This document shows, in pieces, positions 23,289-32,586 of a DNA stretch of 64,000 bases. The notes beneath the pieces were generated by a model. It was not told the DNA's origin. It was given only the letters and a program-made list of their open reading frames with translations, and did no database searches. Every line of letters begins with the position of its first letter. Within the stretch, counting starts at the first letter, position 1. The DNA lies in assembly GCA_000002445.1 (NCBI GenBank), contig CM000207.1, positions 1,056,001-1,120,000 of the forward strand, read 5' to 3'. The position numbers and the translations under genes were made by a program. Source of the stretch: Trypanosoma brucei. Its lineage: Eukaryota.

Positions 23289-23777
23289 ATGGCTCAGTGG
23301 GTTCCTAAAACGGCGTGGAAGGTATCCAACCTCAACAAGCGCTATGGGCCTGGATATATTACATCTGGGTTTTCAAGTGAAAACACGCTTGGTTATACGC
23401 ATATGGTGCATGACTCCCACAAACTACGCGAGAAGCTTTCCAGCAGGAAAGGCATTTTCGTTATCGATGTACGTGACCCTGGGGAAAGAAAGCTGAACCC
23501 CGTTCCGCGTAGCGTTGCTTTACACCACCACGATCTGCTCTCAGGGGCATCGTGTCCCATTCTTCCACAGCAAAAAAGTGCTGCAGAGCTTTTCGTTTTG
23601 GCCAGTAACGAGAGCCGCGGATTAAATAGCGCGGCGGCTCTCCGTCGCTGGGGATATGACAGTGTTGTTCAGGTCGACTACAATACCTTGGTTGAGGCTG
23701 GTTATGTTTCTCGGTGTGACTATGCGACGGCAGGCACGAAGGACAGTGCTGAGCAAGCGGTTTCTGGTGAGGACTAA
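23289..23777 (+). CDS. Rhodanese-homology-domain protein, 162 aa, apparently lacking the active-site cysteine
   Basis: ATG at 23289. 'IFVIDVRDPGERKLNPVPRSVALHHHDLL…ELFVLASNESRGLNSAAALRRWGYDSVVQVDYNTLVEAG' fits the rhodanese/Cdc25 fold pattern (xIDVRxxxE … active-site loop … GxxxV). The loop reads 'ASNESRG' where a Cys is expected. Confidence 0.45.
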   Translation: MAQWVPKTAWKVSNLNKRYGPGYITSGFSSENTLGYTHMVHDSHKLREKLSSRKGIFVIDVRDPGERKLNPVPRSVALHHHDLLSGASCPILPQQKSAAELFVLASNESRGLNSAAALRRWGYDSVVQVDYNTLVEAGYVSRCDYATAGTKDSAEQAVSGED

Positions 23778-23950
23778 TTTTTGTTGGAGGGTAGGTACGC
23801 GACCTCTTCACCGTATTTATTAACTTTAATCTTTTAAAAACTGTTTGGCGTATTTTTTGTTCACTTACCCACCTTCTTCCCTCATTAGGTGAGAGTGCGT
23901 ACACTGCAGTGAAACAATTTTTTTTCATAGGTAGGACACGAACGAATCTT

Positions 23951-25039
23951 ATGACACCAACAGTAACCCCTCTACAGTTACCTAAGAGGGAGGGAGTGAA
24001 GCCCTTTCCCGATGCACCGTTAGGAGGAGCGGCCGTAGAGCCGCATGCACTGCCTCCAAAGCCAAGAACCCGGGCTTCCAGCGTAAACGATGGGAGGAAA
24101 AAGACGACCAGCTACCCTTCGTACATGAATCCACTGAAGCTCCCCACGAAAGCTATCGTCTGGACAAACAAGCCCCCAGTTAAGCCCAACAAAATTTCCG
24201 TGTCACTTGAAAACTTTGAGGATGCTCCGAGAATCAAAGGTGTTTTTAACAGTCCTCGAAGCCTCAAGGCGTGTGAGATCGCAGTCGTTGATCCACGCAA
24301 CCTGCTAAAGCGCCCTCTCTCTCACTTTGAAGGAAAGGGTGTCCCCGAAACCCTTGCGCAGATGCGGCACACATACTACGAAAACAGAAGGAAAACTAAA
24401 TTGGAGGAAGTGCGCCGGATTCGTGACGGACTACCTGTTGAGGTTCCTCAGGAAAAAGAGGATGAACAAACTAACGTCAATGGGCGAACCCCCTCAGTCA
24501 ATAATGGTCATCGGGCCCCACTACTAAGGGAGAGAAGTCCCCCACCAATGGTCCGCCAGAGAACGCCTATGCGTCGCTCTACGTCCTTTGGTTTCTGTTC
24601 TCGCAGCAGCAGCAGCGCTCCATATAAGGTTGGAGGGGAGAAACCTTATCCTCCCTCACGAAGAACCACGTTGCACGGCGCTGACGGGCGTTCCCCGTCA
24701 GTGGGCGCCCTGAAGGTTCTGAATCGCGCGATGAGTGAGAACCGTTCCCTCTCCGCCGCGGATTACGACATGCTAAGGCGCATTGAGGAGCGTGAGGAAA
24801 GAGCAAACGAGGCCAGGCAACGTGCGGAGGAGATGGAGGCGGCCCGTGAAAGGGAGTTGCTAGAGAGAGGGCTCCGGAAAGAACTTCACGGAATCAATAA
24901 GCTCATCGAGAGGGAAAACGAGAGGATCAGCGCCGTGCAGATGCGCCGGCAGAAACTGGAAATGCGGTTGCAGCAAGCGCGTGAGCGCCAGAAGCGGAGC
25001 GAAGAGGAACGTCTCGGCCAGTGGAACGCTAAGCGCTAG
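23951..25039 (+). CDS. Hypothetical protein, 362 aa, with a Pro/basic-rich N-terminal half and a C-terminal Arg/Glu-rich coiled coil
   Basis: The track's start at 23909 is a GTG. The first ATG is at 23951. The C-terminus 'EERANEARQRAEEMEAARERELLERGLRKELHGINKLIERENERISAVQMRRQKLEMRLQQARERQKRSEEER' is a strong heptad/charged coiled coil. Confidence 0.45.
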   Translation: MTPTVTPLQLPKREGVKPFPDAPLGGAAVEPHALPPKPRTRASSVNDGRKKTTSYPSYMNPLKLPTKAIVWTNKPPVKPNKISVSLENFEDAPRIKGVFNSPRSLKACEIAVVDPRNLLKRPLSHFEGKGVPETLAQMRHTYYENRRKTKLEEVRRIRDGLPVEVPQEKEDEQTNVNGRTPSVNNGHRAPLLRERSPPPMVRQRTPMRRSTSFGFCSRSSSSAPYKVGGEKPYPPSRRTTLHGADGRSPSVGALKVLNRAMSENRSLSAADYDMLRRIEEREERANEARQRAEEMEAARERELLERGLRKELHGINKLIERENERISAVQMRRQKLEMRLQQARERQKRSEEERLGQWNAKR

Positions 25040-25439
25040 TGCCTTTGTGGAACAGAAATTTTGATGCAAAAGGGAAGGAAAGAAAGTGGTAGCAGTTAAG
25101 GGATTGGGGAGGAGAGACTGTAGCTGATTAGTTATAAAAATATGATGAGGAAAATAAATAAACGTGCATATGTAGTTTTCCTTTCTTTGTTCCACTCTGC
25201 CCCATTTGTTGTGGTATTTTTAGCGCGCACTTTAGCGTCTGTTGTTCCTAACGTTGTCACTAGCTCGCTCCATATTCGTGTTCACGAGTATGTTGCCTTT
25301 CATTCGTGCATGACGAGCAAGCAAATTAGTTGCCAATAAGTGACGTGGTGCCGAATGTACAAATCCCCCTAAGAAAAAGGGCACCGAAGGATAAAAACAG
25401 GAGGGGAGGAGAAGGGGTAAAGTGTGAATGGCTGATTTT

Positions 25440-25500
25440 ATTGTACGATTTCCCCTTTTTTTTATTTTTTCCTGCCTTATAATCCTAGGGCATAACGCCA
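25440..25500 (+). promoter_or_regulatory. Polypyrimidine tract, a candidate trans-splice acceptor / polyadenylation-coupling signal, upstream of TOP1S
   Basis: 'ttgtacgatttcccctttttttttattttttcctgccttataatcctagg' is a U/C-rich run followed by AG dinucleotides ~250 nt before the ATG at 25758. This is the kinetoplastid gene-boundary signal pattern (established knowledge). Actual usage is not verifiable here. Confidence 0.35.
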
Positions 25501-25757
25501 GCGGAGTAATTTTGATACATCGGTACACTTCTATACACGTGCGTACGCACATACAGGGAAAGAGGGGTGAGGGCGTTATGAGAGGCTGGAAGGGTAGGGA
25601 TAGTTACGCTACCACTGCGTGCATTTGTTATGTGCTTTGGCCGTTTTTCCCCAAGTCCTTTGACGTACGAACCCTGACCCCTCTTTTCTCTCTTACCTCT
25701 TTATCCTCATTTGCACTTTTTTTTTTGCTTCAAAAATGTGTACCACCCTTTAGAGCA

Positions 25758-26579
25758 ATGTCTTCGGCTAACTCGGAGGTACGTAACGGTGGTTCATCTT
25801 CAGTTGCCGCCGCGCAACCCCGTGCGGCATCGCCCGCGAAGATCCCCGTGAAGGTACCCTACTCACTTGCCAAAGTTCCAATGCCGCGGCTTGTACCGGC
25901 GAAGATGCCGGCACCAAAGCGAGCAGCTGAGAGCGAGGCTCAACATCGCGGCAACAGGGAAGACAGTGACGACGCTCTGCTTGAGTCCTCCGCACCCTCT
26001 AAAAAACCAAAGAAGGAGGAGTCAAAAAAGGCTCCTCTAGTGGAAACGGAGTCTAGCAGTAGCAGCGAGTACAGTTCTTCTGACAGCGATGATACCGATG
26101 CTAGTGACAGCGAAAGCGAGGGCTCGAAAACGTCTACAGTTTCCGATTCAAGTGACATTTCGGACGACGAAGAAAGCGTTTCTGAGGACAATCTGACATT
26201 TTTTGAATTAGCCGAGAGAAGCGGCCTCATGAATGATATCAAGAATAAGGTAAACTCTGGGGAAGGGGAACAGGAGGAGGAGGAGGAGGTGCACATCGAC
26301 GGGAAGCCACCACGGCCCAAGTTTCTTCGTAGCTTTCCTCGCGATATTGAGGCGGAAATCGGGAAACACGAGAAACGCCTCAAGGATGTTGAGAATATGT
26401 TAAAAATGAAACAGGATAATAAAACTGTTTCGTTGGGCACAAGTAAGGTAAATTATATAGACCCACGGATTGTGTGCTCCTGGGCCAACGAGAACAACGT
26501 CCCCATTTCGAGGCTGTTTTCTGCGACACTTCAAAAAAAGTTCCCTTGGGCACTGAAGGCAAGGGACTTTACGTTTTGA
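25758..26579 (+). CDS. TOP1S: DNA topoisomerase IB small subunit, 273 aa: the C-terminal catalytic-tyrosine fragment of the kinetoplastid heterodimeric TOP1B
   Basis: ATG verified at 25758. The track's upstream extension is a hydrophobic pyrimidine-tract translation. The C-terminus 'LGTSKVNYIDPRIVCSWANENNVPISRLFSATLQKKFPWALKARDFTF' matches the human TOP1 C-terminus '[50 protein letters not shown]', including the active-site Tyr. The N-terminal half is a Ser/Asp/Glu-rich low-complexity region. Confidence 0.8.
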   Translation: MSSANSEVRNGGSSSVAAAQPRAASPAKIPVKVPYSLAKVPMPRLVPAKMPAPKRAAESEAQHRGNREDSDDALLESSAPSKKPKKEESKKAPLVETESSSSSEYSSSDSDDTDASDSESEGSKTSTVSDSSDISDDEESVSEDNLTFFELAERSGLMNDIKNKVNSGEGEQEEEEEVHIDGKPPRPKFLRSFPRDIEAEIGKHEKRLKDVENMLKMKQDNKTVSLGTSKVNYIDPRIVCSWANENNVPISRLFSATLQKKFPWALKARDFTF

Positions 26580-27842
26580 GTTGCCGAAACAGAAAGGTAC
26601 CACAAGTTGATGGAGGGGAGCGCTAAATGTGTGTGCTGTGTGTGCGTTTTTCGAAAACCTCAGTTAAACTTGCGAGAGAGAGAAAGAGATAGCAACAACA
26701 TTTGAGAAGGTAATAGCGGCTCGGGTTTAAAGCCGGATTCAGCGGAGACAGAAGGGGGAAGGTGAGATAACTTTTTTTTTTTTTTAAAGAGCCCCCTTTA
26801 CTATATTTTTCTTTTCCCCACTTTCACGTTTGTATTCGTGTGTGTTTAATAGACGGTTCCGCTATTGTGGCTACGCTACCTACGCTAGCGAACACGCTGG
26901 TACGAAAATTGCGGTCACATCGTACATACCTCTGTCTAGTCACCGCCGCACCGCTCGTTCAGGCACCTCACTCCCATTCTCTCGTTGCCTAATACACCGT
27001 GAGCGCGGCCGTGTCGGGTACTGACACACATGCGGCGATCTTTCGTTCCGTACACACTGTTTGTGTGCCACATTTGATGGGGTTTTCCCGTCTCCATGAT
27101 GATCGTTATAACCCCTTGTCTTCCAAAGGTATGAGAGGAAAAAGTATGAGAAGAAGGCACTGGAAGTAACCGCCCTGACTTCTTCACCGCGGACAGCTTC
27201 CGTTGTGCCACCTTTCCCCCTTTTAACCCTGATATTACAATATCTTTTTATTTAAGTGTTTCTCCCTTTTTTTAATTTCATGTGCGCCTGGCTGTTGGTT
27301 GTCTTCATCCATGAGCTTTCGTGTCCATAACGCGCTCGGTGCGAGGTGATTTCGCTCTTCCTAAAAATTTTTAGGGCTCATGCGTTTTTTAACCTTTGAC
27401 GAAATACGGGCAACAGTGGAGGAGAAACACCCCGACCCACCTTGTGTGTTTCTCGACAGGAATGACACTGATCGCCGTTGTGTCCCGCCCCCTGGTCGAA
27501 AACTGCTTTTGATGATGTCGTGGGCGTGGGAAGGTTGGCTACTCAAAAAAAAAAAAAGAAAAGCCTTTGACTTGTCGCAGGACACGCAGATAGACGTTCC
27601 GCTTTTTCTGCGTGGCTTGTTCTTTCTTTCTCACCCTAGCTGGGAACACTGGGAGGCCTTTGTTTATCCGTTGTTGCCGTTGTTGGCCCCGCGCTCCCCT
27701 ATAGGCGAGCTACTTCGGCTCCACGCAGTTACCCTTTATCATTATTATTATTATTTTTCTGGTTCATGCATCTTTCTCTTCTCTGAACTCTTTCCTTTAA
27801 GACTCCCCACAAAAAGTCCCCGCGTCAGCAGCCGTCAGCCAG

Positions 27843-28865
27843 ATGAACTCCCCTCACGACTCGGGGCGCTCATCCGCAACGAGTACGGCGCATTCTGTGG
27901 GTTCATTGGGCGATAGCGGTGGGGCACAAAAAGATCATTCTAATCCGCTCCCTGAGAAGGAAGATGAGGAGGGCGTAGCATGGGATGAAAGGCTCAGGTA
28001 CTTTGTTGGCGTTGTGAAAAGTGCGTTCGATGCCATGAGGTCAGAGCAGCGGCTATGCAATGGCTCTGTTTGCTCCAAGCGGTTGCAGGATCGAATAGAG
28101 TGGGACTACCCAGCTGAATATGCCACATTTGTCAACGGTTTGTTCAACCGTTCGTGGGACCGTTTCCTTGAGGCAAAAACAGATATTGTCTGCTATCCCC
28201 ACAATGAAGGCGGTGCGGAGTCCAACACCAAGTGGTTGATGGCCCATGGTTCTCTGCGTTGTCGACTGCGGACAGAGGATATAAACCGCGTTCGGGATGC
28301 AGATGAAATGCTGGGGCGAATGGTTCGCGACAAGTGCTTGTGGGATCTGGAGGATGCCTGTCGCTCTATCCTTATGGAGGTGTTTCTCTCCATGGATGCC
28401 TCTGCCATTGTGTGTAAGGGGTGCATGCGACTGAACAAGAGTGAACAGTACCATCTTGGGAGTTTGGCGGTGTGGGAGCCCATCCTTGCAAGGTTATGGG
28501 GCCGGCAAACTGTTGGTGGTGCTGTGCGACTTCGTGACATGGAGCGCCCTTCCCAGCAGCTGGGGTTTCACGTCCGGCTGAGGTGCCGCTGGACGGAGCT
28601 TCTAGGGAACAATCTTCTCGCAAAATGCATATGTGGATCTGTTCTCCGCGTTTTTCTTAATGTTGAAAAGCCAGAAATGCTCCCTGTCGCGGGTGCCGGC
28701 GCAAGGCCTGCGAAGGAGGAGTTGGCGGTGAAACTACATCAGCCGTCTGGCGAATTGATTGTGGCTCTAGGCGACACTGGTTTATGGGGCCGCCGGCCTC
28801 CGTCCTCCCAGCCGAATCCCCCCTTTTTGGCCTGTTGCAGGGGATACCCGCGTCACACGAGATAG
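27843..28865 (+). CDS. Hypothetical Cys-rich protein, 340 aa
   Basis: ATG at 27843. It is a long + strand ORF in the array with no recognisable domain. Confidence 0.4.
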   Translation: MNSPHDSGRSSATSTAHSVGSLGDSGGAQKDHSNPLPEKEDEEGVAWDERLRYFVGVVKSAFDAMRSEQRLCNGSVCSKRLQDRIEWDYPAEYATFVNGLFNRSWDRFLEAKTDIVCYPHNEGGAESNTKWLMAHGSLRCRLRTEDINRVRDADEMLGRMVRDKCLWDLEDACRSILMEVFLSMDASAIVCKGCMRLNKSEQYHLGSLAVWEPILARLWGRQTVGGAVRLRDMERPSQQLGFHVRLRCRWTELLGNNLLAKCICGSVLRVFLNVEKPEMLPVAGAGARPAKEELAVKLHQPSGELIVALGDTGLWGRRPPSSQPNPPFLACCRGYPRHTR

Positions 28866-29819
28866 GAGCCCCATTAGCATTCAAACGGAAAACTGTGCAC
28901 GTGTATTAGGGGAGACGTTCCTTTTCTTGTTGGTGCTTGAATTTGTATCCTTTGGGATGAGCAGCGTCTGCTTCATGTTGTTCTTGTTCCTTTTCATGGT
29001 TCCAGAGGCCGACATTTCCCCACGAAACAAAGAGATCATTGAACAGCATCCCCGAGTCCTGCCACTCTTACTTTTTAAATCATTTGCCGCGTTTTGCGCC
29101 GATGGAGGGCACATGACCGCCCCCTTAATTATGTGAGGTTCTGTACCTTATTATTATTTTTTTTTGATTTTTAACCTTCGGCTTTATTTATCGTTATTAC
29201 TGGCTTTCTTTTTTTGTTGTGTGTGTGTGTGACAGCTGCCACTGTCCTGAATGTAATCGCTTCAACTGTGCCTTACTTACTGATCCTCCCACCACCACGT
29301 CCTTTTTCTCTGTTGTTTTGGACGGAGAAAATATTTGCGTGTGTGAAAGGAGGTTCGTAGTCATCGGGCAACAGCTCCCTTCAGTGATGGTGAACCAGGC
29401 ATGCTTTTACTTACTTTTTTTTCAAGTTGCGTTAACAACGCATTTAAGTTGACGTCTGTGCGTCTATTAGTTGCTGTACATTTTTATCCCTTTCGGTTTT
29501 GGTCTTGCTGGTGGGTGTTGTTTGAGCAACTAAGTGGGAATGCACCTTGTCGGAATTTTGTTGTTATTTTATGCGCGAAACAGGCACCGCTCAATAGCTT
29601 TAATGTAAATATGGCTTCTTTCTCTTATTCTTTGTGCCCCCTGGCGGCGTGCCTATTCTTCTTTTGTTGTTCTGTTTTTCGGTATCCTTTCGACGCTTTT
29701 CACTTTATTGAGCAAGTCGCTTTCAGCGTCTGTTTCCATTTCCACTTCGAACGGCGTACTATTGTGTTTTACTTTTCCTTGGGTACTTGTTTTCTTGGCG
29801 TGTGCTGTTACACCCTGCC

Positions 29820-29930
29820 ATATCTTTTTTAACACACTCTTCATTATTCTACTTTTTTGCCCCCTTCCACTTCTTAAATGTTTGTTATTTATTTGCTATT
29901 ATTATTATTTTTTTTTTTGCACCTCTCATG
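29820..29930 (+). promoter_or_regulatory. Long polypyrimidine tract in the intergenic region upstream of the methyltransferase gene
   Basis: 'tatcttttttaacacactcttcattattctacttttttgcccccttccacttcttaaatgtttgttatttatttgctattattattatttttttttttgcacctctc' is more than 100 nt of almost pure pyrimidine on the coding strand. Confidence 0.35.
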
Positions 29931-30484
29931 TAAACTCGTGCGAAGTACGGGGTGGAAAGAACGGTCTACACTTCCCACCCTCTTATTGTCCGTCTTTAAT
30001 CCAGACGTGGCATTTACCAATATCAACAATGACAATGGGCGTTATCACTGCTTACTTCAGTGGTCTAATTAATCTTGTTCGTTTAACTCCGTACTCGCTG
30101 TTGAGACAATGCAGAGTGTGTGCTACTTTTCTTTTATTTCCCTTGCGCCCCGTGCAAGTCGTTGAGACACATGGTTTCCCTGCTCTCACCGACGTTGGTG
30201 AAGGTGCACACACATCGCGGCGGTGGTACCCGCCGCAAAACATGGCGCTTGGAAGCATATTTTTGAATAGGAGCGGATTACCGCTTGCTTTACTTCCTGC
30301 GCTCCGCTCCTGCATACGCTAACCATTATCATTAATATAACTGCACGATAAGGCGGTGTCTTCCCATCACCTGTCCTCTTCACGCATCTGTGTGCAGACT
30401 TCTGTCCTGAATAAACGCCATTGGTTTCCCTTTCCATTTTTTACGTTTAAATTAAAAGTTGTGTGGGCGGTGTTTAAGGCTACG

Positions 30485-31186
30485 ATGGAACCTAAGAGCG
30501 TCGAGGAGTACAGCCAGCAGAACTACTGGATTGGCAGATATGAAGTGGAGGAGCAACACGACTGGTTTTTGTCGGTTCGACAACCAACCATAGCTGCCCT
30601 GTGTGATGAATTGCTGAAGGTGTTTCAGCAGCGTGAGAGGCTGCACTCCGCCGACGGTAACGTGGAGGGGGACCAACCAGCTCTACGTGTACTTCACTTA
30701 GGCACTGGTAATTCATCGCTCTGTATGGATCTGTACGAGGCCGTACGTGAGCGTCAACTTCCATTCGCACTGCATCAGGTAGCTATGGACTATGCGCCAA
30801 ATGTTATTGAGAGGATGCAAAGCAAGTATTCACCTGATATTCTTCCCAACGCCCAGTGGATCGTCGGTGATGTACGCAAGCTGGAGGAATTCCGTGAGTA
30901 TGGTCCATTCGATGCGGTGATCGAAAAGGGAACGATGGATGCCATTGAAGCGGACAAAAATAGACCGGAGATGAAAGGGGATGTTGAGGCTATGCTCCAT
31001 GGTGTGGACACGCTTCTGAAGCACGCGAAAGGTTATGGCGCATTTTTGCAGGTTACGTGGGTGGCACCGCATCTCCGATTGCCATACACAAAAGGAGATG
31101 CGTTCGCGTGGGGTGACCAGGTGCGTTATAGCCTTCTTGGGGAAAGTGATATTTACAGGCTGTTTGTTTACACGGTCAGGGAATAA
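30485..31186 (+). CDS. Class I SAM-dependent methyltransferase of the EFM4/METTL10/ECE2-MT-like family, 233 aa
   Basis: ATG verified at 30485. 'YWIGRYE…HDWF…LRVLHLGTGNSSLCMDLY…VAMDYAPNVIERMQSKY…WIVGDVRKL…FDAVIEKGTMDAI' follows the YWDxRY / LVLGCGNS / IDYS / MDV / FDVVLEKGTLDAL motif order of the eEF1A-lysine-methyltransferase (METTL10 / ECE2 N-terminal) clade. Confidence 0.65.
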   Translation: MEPKSVEEYSQQNYWIGRYEVEEQHDWFLSVRQPTIAALCDELLKVFQQRERLHSADGNVEGDQPALRVLHLGTGNSSLCMDLYEAVRERQLPFALHQVAMDYAPNVIERMQSKYSPDILPNAQWIVGDVRKLEEFREYGPFDAVIEKGTMDAIEADKNRPEMKGDVEAMLHGVDTLLKHAKGYGAFLQVTWVAPHLRLPYTKGDAFAWGDQVRYSLLGESDIYRLFVYTVRE

Positions 31187-31597
31187 CAACTCCGTGGGGG
31201 CTTTTCCCTTTAAAGTTTTCCCACTTTCCAAAACAATTAGCGAACGACCTCATGCATCTGCAACATAGGGACGGGGGCGATAATACTCACATGCGTATAT
31301 ACATTCTTTTTATTTTTCTGTTTGTTCCTTTTTTTTTGAAAAAAAGGAACGCTCTCAACACTAACGCAGAACGCACTTTTGCCGTTTGCACCGCAAGAGA
31401 AGAGTCCTGTTTAGACCTCTATTCCCTAAAACGTTGTTTTATACTTTGTGCCTGAATTCCTTTTCGCTGTTGATGCTCTCGTCATTGTTGTGGGAGGGGG
31501 GGGTTTCGCACTATGGAGGGGTGGGGGGTGCTGCTTTGAGGGAAAGGTACGCCAATCTCTCTCGTTATTTCTCTGACAACAGTAAGGTCAATACAAC

Positions 31598-32275
31598 ATG
31601 GCACTCACGCTGATACCGCGCTGCCTACAGTTCTGCACCCGCCACGCTTTTCCAAGCCTCACGCGAGGTCCGGTAACACCAATGCTGTGGTACTGCACAG
31701 GAAAGAAGGAAGGCACGTCACGGGGGAGTGGAAAGGGCAAAACATCGAGTAAGAAAAAGCGTAAGAGTGAAGGGAACTCCAAAAAGGTGAGGAAAGAGCC
31801 TGACGCGGGCGAATCTACGGTTCCGTGCGTACCAACCACACCAGATGTGGTTTCTCAACCCACGGCTTCTCCTCAAATTGTTGAGAAAATCAAAGAGACT
31901 TGTTCTTCCACAAGCAGTTGGTGCCCTACGACACAAGATTATGAAGCACTTATAGTGGACATGCTTCTGTATCGACAAGAAACGGTGGAAGCAGTGGTGG
32001 ATGCCTTGCGCAAGGAACGGTTATTGCTTGACGAGTCCATTAAGCGAATGGAAGAGCATATTGCTGACGTGTACCTGGTACGGGAGGAAATTCGAGAGAT
32101 GCTTCAGGAGAGTGCCGCCGTTCAGAAGCAAATGCTCTCTGACGCCCTTCAGTTAATTGGCGAAAAGTGCAAAGACGTGGAATCTGCAGTTGACGGTGGA
32201 TCCTCGGGAATAGTTCCAGCAGAGGTGACCGCAGATAACGCCGAAAACGATGATGACGGGGAAATAATATTTTGA
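31598..32275 (+). CDS. Hypothetical protein, 225 aa, with a Lys-rich basic N-terminal region and a central coiled coil
   Basis: ATG at 31598. 'GKGKTSSKKKRKSEGNSKKVRKE' looks like an NLS-like basic patch. An acidic/helical central region follows. Confidence 0.4.
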   Translation: MALTLIPRCLQFCTRHAFPSLTRGPVTPMLWYCTGKKEGTSRGSGKGKTSSKKKRKSEGNSKKVRKEPDAGESTVPCVPTTPDVVSQPTASPQIVEKIKETCSSTSSWCPTTQDYEALIVDMLLYRQETVEAVVDALRKERLLLDESIKRMEEHIADVYLVREEIREMLQESAAVQKQMLSDALQLIGEKCKDVESAVDGGSSGIVPAEVTADNAENDDDGEIIF

Positions 32276-32586
32276 CGCAGTGTAAATTCTTGTCGGGACA
32301 AGGTCACCCTCTGCATTTGTCGATAGTGCACCTCTTTCCTCACCCCCTTCCACAGAGGGCGTGTGTGTATACTTGTGGGCATAGTGCTTAAATGCGAGTG
32401 TCGTCTAATTTGTACGACAGGGGGGTGAGGAGCGCATACCATAGAGTTTTCTTTTTCGTCTGTTGCGCCACGATGTATTGTTGTCGTTAGTACGTCCTTT
32501 TGTACGATGTTTCCACTTTAACCGTAGCACTACATCTCGCCTTTGCTTCTCTCCTCTGCTTCTTTTAAAGGCGGCGGCTGCAAGCC

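Noticed and set aside
25428-25757. The N-terminal 110 aa of the track ORF for TOP1S ('MADFIVRFPLFFIFSCLIILGH…')
   Set aside because: It is a translation of the pyrimidine-rich 5' spacer (poly-Phe/Leu/Ser from TTT/CTT/TCC runs). A clean ATG at 25758 starts the conserved protein.
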